From Eledone cirrhosa (taxonomy: Eukaryota), in assembly GCA_964016885.1 (NCBI GenBank), contig CAXHJY010001327.1:124001-188000 (forward strand): a stretch of 64,000 nucleotides of DNA, read 5' to 3'. The notes under the pieces were generated by a model. That model saw nothing but the letters and a program-made list of their open reading frames with translations. It made no database searches and was not told where the DNA came from. Position 1 is the first letter of the stretch; each line of letters starts with the position of its first letter. Below, piece after piece: positions 46,423-54,190 of the stretch. The position numbers and the translations under genes are program-made.

Positions 46423-48295
46423 CAATATAATACTGTGGCACTTTGGTTAACCTAACTTAATAAAATACTATTATAATACTGTGGAACTTTGGTTAACCGA
46501 ACTTAATAAAATACCAATATAATACTGTGGAACTTTGGTTAACCTAACAATAAAATACTATTATAATACTGTGGAACTTTGGTTAACCTAACTTAATAAA
46601 ATACTATTATAATACTGTGGAACTTTGGTTAACGTAACTTAATAAAATACCATTATAATACTGTGGAACCTTGGTTAACCTAACTTAATAAAATACTATT
46701 ATAATACTGTGGAACTTTGGTTAACCTAACTTAATAAAATACCATTATAATACTGTGGAACCTTGGTTAACCTAACTTAATAAAATACTATTATAATACT
46801 GTGGAACTTTGGTTAACCTAACTTAATAAAATACTATCATAATACTGTGGAACTTTGGTTAACCTAACTTAATAGAATACCATTTTAATACTGTGGAACT
46901 TTGGTTAACCTAACTTAATAAAATACTATCATAATACTGTGGAACCTTGGTTAACCTAACTTAATAAAATACCATTATAATACTGTGGAACCTTGGTTAA
47001 CCTAACTTAATAAAATACTATTATAATACTGTGGAACTTTTCTTAACTTAACTTAATAGAATACTATTATAATACTGTGGAACTTTGGTTAACCTAACTT
47101 AATAAAATACTATTATAATACTGTGGAACTTTGGTTAACCTAACTTAATAAAATACTATCATAATACTGTGGAACTTTGGTTAACCTAACTTAAAATACT
47201 ATTATAATACTGTGGAACTTTGGTTAACCTAACTTAATAAAATACTATTATAATACTGTGGAACTTTGGTTAACCTAACTTAATAAAATACTATTATAAT
47301 ACTGTGGAATTTTGGTTAACCTAACTTAATAAAATACTATTATAATACTGTGGAACTTTGGTTAACCTAACTTAATAAAATACTATTATAATACTGTGGA
47401 ACTTTGGTTAACCTAACTTAATAAAATACTATTATAATACTGTGGAACTTTGGTTAACCTAACTTAATAAAATACTATTATAATACTGTGGAACTTTGGT
47501 TAACCTAACTTAATAAAATACTATTATAATACTGTGGAACTTTGGTTAACCTAACTTAATAAAATACTATTATAATACTGTGGAACTTTGGTTAACCTAA
47601 CTTAATAAAATACTATTTATAATACTGTGGAACCTTTGTTAACCTAACTTAATAAAATACTATTATAATACTGTGGAACTTTGGTTAACCTAACTTAATA
47701 AAATACCAATATAATACTGTGGCACTTTGGTTAACCTAACTTAATAAAATACTATTATAATACTGTGGAACTTTGGTTAACCGAACTTAATAAAATACCA
47801 ATATAATACTGTGGAACTTTGGTTAACCTAACTTAATAAAATACTATTATAATACTGTGGAACTTTGGTTAACCTAACTTAATAAAATACTATTATAATA
47901 CTGTGGAACTTTGGTTAACCTAACTTAATAAAATACTATTATAATACTGTGGAACTTTGGTTAACCTAACTTAATAAAATACTATTATAATACTGTGGAA
48001 CTTTGGTTAACCTAACTTAATAAAATACTATTATAATACTGTGGAACCTTGATTCACAAACTTAATTCAATCCTGAAGTCTGTCACTGAAAATAGAAACT
48101 ACTTTTCTCATATGAAATGTTGAGAGAGAGACTGTGTGAAAGACATAGATATCACCATAGTAACTAACTACACAGCAAGTGACACTTGCCTGCCGATATC
48201 CCCAGCTTGGTGGCCACTGCTGTTGCCAGTTTGTGTGTTAGTTACTCAAGACACCATTTGACACCCAAGATTTTTAACCCTTTAGCATTTGCATA

Positions 48296-48842
48296 ACTCT
48301 ATATATACTATTGTATTTTCACAGTAAAGGCTTTACCTCACATAACATTTACATTACTCTATATATACTATTGTATTTTCACAGTAAAGGCTTTACCTCA
48401 CATAACATTTACATTACTCTATATATACTACTAGACCTGAAAAATGCGCAAGCTCAAAAGAGCCACAAAATGTTATAATACACCTTCAAAAGTGTGGGAC
48501 TAGAGTTGTTGTTCAAAAATATTGTAATTATTATCTATCGTACACTCTAGATGTATTTATTGTGATATTTTTATAAAGGATGCCACATAATGTACGATAG
48601 ATAATGATTACAATATTTTTGAGCAACAACTCTAGTCCCACACTTGTGAAGGTTTATGACAACATTCTGTGGTTCTTTTGAGCTTGCACATTTTTCAGGT
48701 CTAGTAGTATATATAGAGTAATATCTCACATAACTATTGTATTTTCACAGTAAAGGCTTTACCTCACATAATATCTCACATAACATTACATTACTCTATA
48801 TATACTATTGTATTTTCACAGTAAAGGCTTTACCTCACATAA
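48296..48842 (+). repeat. ~60-bp minisatellite, 4 copies split 2+2 around the foldback element
   Basis: CTATTGTATTTTCACAGTAAAGGCTTTACCTCACATAA at ~48308, 48368, 48734 and 48804. Three copies are preceded by ACTCTATATATA. Confidence 0.9.
48413..48722. mobile_element. 310-bp foldback/MITE-like palindrome (~132-bp arms, 46-bp spacer)
   Basis: 48413-48544 (ATTACTCTATATATACTACTAGACCTGAAAAATG...ATCGTACA) is the imperfect reverse complement of 48591-48722. No clear TSD recognised. Confidence 0.8.
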
Positions 48843-48919
48843 TTATCTCATATCGAATCTATGATTTTGATATTACTTACTTTGAGAACAATACCTTAAC
48901 GTCGGTATGAGTGGCTGGT

Positions 48920-49106
48920 TACAGCTGGTTTGAACAGAAAGGGGTGAGAGAATTCTGGCCGGATACAACTGGTTTAAACAGGAGAAGGTGAGAATTCTGG
49001 CCAGATACAACTGGTTTAAACAAGAGGTGGTGAGAGAATTCTGGCCAGATACAACTGGTTTAAACAGGAGAAGGTGAGAATTCTAGCCGGATATGGCCGG
49101 TTTAAA
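48920..49106 (+). repeat. Subterminal 42/44-bp tandem repeat (~4 copies) at the piggyBac-like MITE end
   Basis: Units of GAGAATTCTGGCC(G/A)GATACAACTGGTTTAAACAGGAGAAGGT run into the TIR. Confidence 0.9.
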
Positions 49107-49186
49107 TGCTAAAGGGTTAATGTTTGTGAACCGATTTGTTCATGAGAGGCGATTGTGAACGAAGGTTCCACTGTATTAGACTGGCT

Positions 49187-49320
49187 CTTTACATTCCGAG
49201 TTCCAATCCCACCAAGGTCAACTTTACTTTTCATCTTTCCAGGATCAATAAAATAAAGTATCAGTCAAGTATTGATTTAATCAAATTTACTGGTCTTGAG
49301 CCTCAATAAGAAATCAATAT
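49187..49320 (+). mobile_element. 5'-truncated, degenerate copy of SINE family A
   Basis: CTTTACATTCCGAGTTCCAATCCCACCAAGGTCAACTTTACTTTTCATCTTTCC...ATAAAATAAAGTATCAGTC aligns by eye with the copy at 49368. Confidence 0.8.
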
Positions 49321-49367
49321 TAAGACCTGTGCTTTTGTAAGCAACTATATTTATTATCATTATTAAG

Positions 49368-49584
49368 GGCAGTGGATTGGCAGAGCATTGGACATGCTTT
49401 TTGGCATATAGTTACATCCCTTTACATTCTGAGTTCAAATCCTGCCGAGGTGAGCTTTGCTTTTCATCCTTACAGGGTCGATAAAATAAAGTACCAGTCA
49501 CGTACTGGGGTCGATTTAATCGACTTTCCCCTCCTCCAAAATTGCTGGCCTTGTGCCTATATCAGAAACAATTATAATTATAAT
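49368..49584 (+). mobile_element. tRNA-derived SINE (family A), near full length
   Basis: A-box-like TGGCAGAG head, B-box GAGTTCAAATCC (49431-42), central TTTCATCCTTACAGGGTCGATAAAATAAAGTACCAGT (recalled as Meta-domain-like), AT-rich tail ATTATAATTATAAT. Related copies occur elsewhere in the window. Confidence 0.85.
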
Positions 49585-49775
49585 GTCACTGGACCGAGAT
49601 ATTTGGCGCTACGCAGTAATATAGAAGACCCGCCTTGCCTATGTACAAAGCGAAACCTACAGTCAGTAGGCACCTCAATCAAATATACATCCCCGTTCCA
49701 CTAACCCTACTCCACCCCCACTCTTTCTCTGTAAAGTTATGTTGGTACCACAACATTCAGTCGAAAATAAATGAG

Positions 49776-50025
49776 GTCGTGTAGGTGTCACAACAAAAAA
49801 AACAGTCCACGCTGTAATGTGGCCGTGTAGGTAACATGGTAAAAAGTTCCCAGTCCACACTGTAAATGTGGTTGGTGTTAGGAAGGGCATCCAGCCATAG
49901 AAAACCTGCCAGACAGTCCTATATGAGCGAGACACGGTCACCCGACCAACCTTGCCACAAGTAGGACAATTCCTGTCTAAACCCATGTTAACGTGGAAGA
50001 TAGACATTAAACGATGATGATGATG
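49776..50025 (+). mobile_element. 3' part of a second SINE/retroposon family (B) with a (GAT)n tail
   Basis: GTGGTTGGTGTTAGGAAGGGCATCCAGCCATAGAAA...ACCCATGTTAACGTGGAAGATAGACATTAAACGATGATGATGATG. Internal ~48-bp duplication (GTGTAGGT...CAGTCCAC.CTGTAA.GTGG) at 49776-49870. A second 3' end lies at 50237-50299. Confidence 0.75.
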
Positions 50026-50030
50026 AAACA

Positions 50031-50135
50031 GTGGTGGATTGGCAGAGTTTGTTAAAGTGCCAGACAAACGCTTTGCAGTAGTTGTGCAAATCCCACCAAG
50101 GGCCACTTTGATATTCATCTTTCTGGTGTCGGTCA
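50031..50135 (+). mobile_element. Degenerate, internally deleted 5' part of SINE family A
   Basis: GTGGATTGGCAGAG head identical to 49372; CAAATCCCACCAAGG...CTTTG...TTCATCTTTC matches the other copies. Confidence 0.7.
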
Positions 50136-50236
50136 TATATGGAAGTCAATATAATCAACTAACCCTGGCCATGCTGGAGTACACCCTTCAAAGTATTCCA
50201 GTCAGCTATATCAATACCAGTATTTAGTCATGCACT

Positions 50237-50299
50237 ATCATCATCATCATCATCATCATTATTATCATTTAATGTCTATTTTCCACACTAGCATGGGTT
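50237..50299 (-). mobile_element. 3' terminal fragment of SINE family B on the minus strand, including a (CAT)n microsatellite tail
   Basis: Reverse complement AACCCATGCTAGTGTGGAAAATAGACATTAAATGATAATAATGATGATG matches 49980-50025. Confidence 0.8.
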
Positions 50300-50398
50300 A
50301 AATTTATCAATATGTTTTGGAGTAGAAATGGTGATCAGAGGCCACTCCTTGATGACAGGAAAGAAGAAATTTCATTATGAAACATTTCATCTCATTAA

Positions 50399-50610
50399 CC
50401 CTTTAGCATTTAAACCAGCTGTATCTGTCCAGAATTCTCTCACCACCTGTTTAAACCAGCTGTATCCGGCCAGAATTCTCACCTCCTCCTGTTTAACCCT
50501 TTAGTGTTCAAACCGCTCGAAACCGGCCGATAACACACACACTAAAATATTGTTCTAAAAATAAACAAACCATCATCAAAATCTCGTCAATTCAAGATTA
50601 CTGCGAGATT
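50399..50610. mobile_element. Two nested piggyBac-like MITE ends; partner ends not found in the window
   Basis: TTAA|CCCTTTAGCATTTAAACC plus subterminal repeats (reverse complement of ~49020-49120), interrupted at TTAA 50493-96 by TTAA|CCCTTTAGTGTTCAAACC. Confidence 0.75.
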
Positions 50611-50643
50611 AGGCCCTTACCACGAAAATTACCAATTGAAAAT

Positions 50644-50729
50644 CTAACACAAGAAGGTACCGTTGTGGACAGTTAAAACAATGGTAAACTTAGATGTAGA
50701 GAAAAGTGGCTGGAATAGATTGTTTAATT
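50644..50729 (-). CDS. Candidate downstream (possibly last coding) exon of an unidentified minus-strand gene: (E)LNNLFQPLFSTSKFTIVLTVHNGTFLC*
   Basis: Acceptor CTCTTTTTCATCTTATAG| follows a long pyrimidine tract and is phase-compatible with the 54045 donor. Possible donors are CG|GTACCT (50660) and TG|GTAAGG (50620). No homology recognised. Confidence 0.4.
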
Positions 50730-50737
50730 CTATAAGA

Positions 50738-50930
50738 TGAAAAAGAGACAAATAGAGAGAAGTGATGTGGAGTGGGGGGGGATAGGTGAGAGTGGGAGAC
50801 AAAGAGAGAGGGTAAGAGAGATGGAACAAAGTGAGAAGAGGAGAGGGGTGAGGGATAGGGGTGGATGGGAGAGAGAGAGGAATAGTGGAAGACAGAGGGA
50901 GAGTATGGTGGGAGAGAAAGACTGAGACAA
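50738..50930 (+). repeat. GA-rich low-complexity tract (polypyrimidine on the minus strand)
   Basis: Degenerate GAGA/GGGA runs. Confidence 0.85.
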
Positions 50931-50958
50931 TGAGAAATATATATAGAAAATAATGTGA

Positions 50959-53900
50959 AAATACAGAAAGTGATAGAGTAAGAATACAGAGGAAGTGGTA
51001 GAGTAAGTGATAGAGTAAGAATACAGAGGAAGTGGTAGAGTAAGTGATAGAGTAAGAATACAGAGGAAGTGGTAGAGTAAGTGATAGAGTAAGAATACAG
51101 AGGAAGTGATAGAGTAAGAATACAGAGGGAGTGGTAGAGTAAGAATACAGAGGAAGTGATAGAGTAAGAATACAGAGGAAGTGGCAGAGTAAGAATACAG
51201 AGGAAGTGATAGAGTAAGAATACAGAAGATGGTAGAGTAAGAATACAGAAGTGGTAGAGTGAGAATACAGAGGAAGTGGTAGAGTAAGAATACATAGGAA
51301 GTGGTAGAGTAAGAATACAGAGGAAGTGGTAGAGTAAGAATACAGAGGAAGTGGTAGAGTAAGAATACAGAGGAAGTGGTAGAGTAAGAATACAGAGGAA
51401 GTGGTAGAGTAAGATTACAGAGGAAGTGGTAGAGTAAGAATACAGAGGAAGTGGTAGAGTAAGAATACAGAGGAAGTGGTAGAGTAAGAATACAGAGGAA
51501 GTGGTAGAGTAAGATTACAGAGGAAGTGGTAGAGTAAGATTACAGAGGAAGTGGTAGAGTAAGAATACAGAGGAAGTGGTAGAGTAAGAATACAGAGAAA
51601 GTGATAGGGTAAGATTACAGAGGAAGGGATAGAGTAAGAATAAAGAGGAAGTGGTAGAGTAAGAATAGAGAGGAAGTGGTAGAGTAAGAATACAGAGGAA
51701 GTGGTAGAGTAAGAACACAGAGGAAGTGATAGAGTAAGAATAAAGAGGAAGTGGTAGAGTAAGAATAGAGAGGAAGTGATAGAGTAAGAATACAGAGGAA
51801 GTGATAGTGGAAGAGTAAGAATACAGAGGAAATGATAGAGGAAGTGGTAGAGTAAGAATACAGAGGAAGTGGTAGAGTAAGAATGCAGAGGAAGTGGTAG
51901 AGTAAGAATACAGAGGAAGTGATGGAGGAAGTGGTAGAGTAAGAATGCAGAGGAAGTGGTAGAGTAAGAATGCAGAGGAGGCGGTAGAGTAAGAATACAG
52001 AGGAGGTGGTAGAGTAAGAATAAAGAGGAAGTGGTAGAGTAAGAATACAGAGGAAGTGGTAGAGTAAGAATACAGAGGAAGTGGTAGAGTAAGAATGCAG
52101 AGGAAGTGGTAGAGTAAGAATACAGAGGAAGTGGTAGAGTAAGAATGCAGAGGAGGTGGTAGAGTAAGAATGCAGAGGAGGTGGTAGAGTAAGAATGCAG
52201 GGGAGGTGATAGAGTAAGAATACAGAGGAAGTGATAGAGTAAGAATACAGAGGAGGTGGTAGAGTAAGAATACAGAGGAAGTGGTAGAGTAAGAATACAG
52301 AGGAGGTGGTAGAGTAAGAATGCAGAGGAGGTGGTAGAGTAAGAATGCAGAGGAGGTGGTAGAGTAAGAATGCAGGGGAAGTGGTAGAGTAAGAATACAG
52401 AGGAAGTGATAGAGTAAGAATACAGAGGAAGTGGTAGAGTAAGAATACAGAGGAGGTGATAGAGTAAGAATACAGAGGAAGTGGTAGAATAAGAATACAG
52501 AGGAAGTGGTAGAGTAAGAATACAGAGGTAGTGCTAGAGTAAGATTACAGAGGAAGTGGTAGAGAAAGAATACAGAGGAAGTGGTAGAGTAAGAATGCAG
52601 AGGAAGTGGTAGAGTAAGAATACAGAGGAAGGGATAGAGTAAGAATACAGAGGAAGTGGTATAGTAAGAATACAGAGGAAGTGGTAGAGTGAGAATACAG
52701 AGGAAGTGGTAGAGTAAGAATACAGAGGAAGTGGTAGAGTAAGAATGCAGAGGAAGTGATAGAGGAAGTGGTAGAGAAAGAATACAGAGGAGGTGGTAGA
52801 GTAAGAATACAGAAAAAGTGGTAGAGTAAGAACGCAGAGGAAGTGGTAGAGTAAAAATACAGAGGAAGTGATAGAATAAGAATACAGAGGAAGTGGTAGA
52901 GTAAGAATACAGAGGAAGTGGTAGAGTAAGAATACAGAGAAAGTGATAGAGTAAGATTACAAAGGAAGTGATAGAGTAAGAAAACAGAGGAAGTGATAGA
53001 ATAAGAATACTGAGGAAGTGAGAGAGTAAAAATACAGAGGAAGTGGTAGAGTAAGAATACAGAGGAAGTGATAGAGTAAGAATACAGAGGAAGTGATAGA
53101 GTAAGAATACAGAGGAAGTGGTAGAGTAAGAATACAGAGGAAGTGGTAGAGTAAGAATACAGAGGAAGTGGTAGAGTAAGAACACAGAGGAAGTGATAGA
53201 GTAAGAATAAAGAGGAGTGGTAGAGTAAGAATAGAGAGGAAGTGATAGAGTAAGAATACAGAGGAAGTGGTAGAGTAAGAATACAGAGGAAATGATAGAG
53301 GAAGTGGTAGAGTAAGAATACAGAGGAAGTGGTAGAGTAAGAATACAGAGGAAGTGGTAGAGTAAGAATACAGAGGAAGTGGTAGAGTAAGAATACAGAG
53401 GAAGTGGTAGAGTAAGAATGCAGAGGAAGTGGTAGAGTAAGAATACAGAGGAAGTGGTAGAGTAAGAATACAGAGGAAGTGGTAGAGTAAGAATGCAGAG
53501 GAAGTGGTAGAGTAAGAATGCAGAGGAGGCGGTAGAGTAAGAATACAGAGGAGGTGGTAGAGTAAGAATAAAGAGGAAGTGATAGAGTAAGAATACAGAG
53601 GAAGTGATAGAGTAAGAATAAAGAGGAAGTGATAGAGTGGTAGAGTAAGAATACAGAGGAAGTGGTAGAATAAGAATAAAGAGGAAGTGGTAGAGTAAGA
53701 ATGCAGAGGAAGTGGTAGAGTAAGAATACAGAGGAAGTGATAGAGTAAGAATACAGAGGAAGTGGTATAGTAAGAATACAGAGGAAGTGGTAGAGTAAGA
53801 ATACAGAGGAAGTGGTAGAGTAAGAATACAGAGGAAGTGGTAGAGTAAGAATACAGAGGAAGTGGTAGAGTAAGAATACAGAGGAAGTGGTAGAGTAAGA

Positions 53901-54033
53901 TTACAGAGGAAGTGATACAGTAAGAATAAAGAGGAATTGATATAGTAAGAATAAAGAGGAAGTGATATAGTAAGAATAAAGAGGAAGTGATATAGTAAGA
54001 ATAAAGAGGAAGTGATAGAGTAAGAATACAGAG
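50959..54033 (+). repeat. Satellite 2: 25-bp purine-rich tandem array (~120 copies)
   Basis: Consensus GAGGAAGTGGTAGAGTAAGAATACA (20/25 purines), with occasional 12-nt half-unit insertions. Confidence 0.99.
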
Positions 54034-54044
54034 AAAGAACGAAC

Positions 54045-54190
54045 CTTTTCCTCTTCCACGTCCAATTCCTTCTGATGCCATCAGTAAATTACTGGTACTA
54101 AATTGATAGACTGGTAAAGCCATTTTATTATTGATACACTTGTACGCTGGTAATCTCAGCTCAGACTGGTTTGGATCCATCACATAATGA
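54045..54190 (-). CDS. Probable 146-nt internal coding exon (phase 2 in, phase 1 out): HYVMDPNQSELRLPAYKCINNKMALPVYQFSTSNLLMASEGIGRGRGK; protein not recognised
   Basis: This is the only unique sequence between two satellites. It is bounded by TTTCATTGTAACAG| and AAAG|GTTCGT, with a branch-point-like TACTAAT at -22. One minus-strand frame is open; the other two stop early. Confidence 0.7.

Larger units (their letters stand above)
1..48045 (+). repeat. Satellite 1: 46-bp AT-rich tandem array (~1,000 monomers), continues beyond the left window edge
   Basis: Head-to-tail consensus TACTGTGGAACTTTGGTTAACCTAACTTAATAAAATACTATTATAA (46 nt, 11 G+C). Recurrent diagnostic variants include GGAACCTT, ACCAAT/ACCATT, TAGAATACCATTCTA, GGTACC, a 13-nt TTTGGTTAACCTA duplication, and 44/45/47-nt indel variants. 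Confidence 0.99.
48278..49116. mobile_element. Non-autonomous piggyBac-like MITE (TTAA TSD) nested in the Tigger-like MITE
   Basis: TTAA|CCCTTTAGCATTT ... AAATGCTAAAGGG|TTAA: perfect 13-bp TIR, CCC/GGG termini, TTAA at 48274-77 and 49117-20. Confidence 0.88.
48039..49173. mobile_element. Non-autonomous Tc1/mariner-superfamily (pogo/Tigger-like) MITE with TA target-site duplication; ~292 bp without the nested insertion
   Basis: Left end TA|CTGTGGAACCTTGATTCACAAAC (TA at 48037-38). Right end GATTGTGAACGAAGGTTCCACTG|TA (TA at 49174-75), whose reverse complement is CAGTGGAACCTTCGTTCACAATC (19/23 match). CAGT termini with TA TSD are hallmarks of the superfamily. No transposase ORF. Confidence 0.85.

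Noticed and set aside
1-48045. CRISPR array
   Set aside because: Monomers are contiguous with no unique spacers, there are no cas genes, and the repeat context is eukaryotic.
1-48045. Telomeric (TTAGG/TTAGGG) origin of satellite 1
   Set aside because: There is only one TTAGG per monomer on the minus strand, and the TIR origin explains the sequence better.
49368-49450. tRNA gene
   Set aside because: A/B-box-like motifs only, no cloverleaf, and the sequence continues into a SINE body.
49372-50227. ORFs of 110, 153 and 62 aa
   Set aside because: They overlap SINE copies, use non-ATG starts or microsatellite-derived poly-His, and contain no recognisable domain.
50621-50709. 89-nt internal coding exon using the CAG at 50710-50712 and the GTAAGG donor
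   Set aside because: All three frames contain a stop. It is kept only as an alternative acceptor or UTR boundary of the candidate exon.
50760-50880. G-quadruplex
   Set aside because: G-runs are irregular and widely spaced within generic GA-rich low-complexity sequence, so the call is not supportable by eye.
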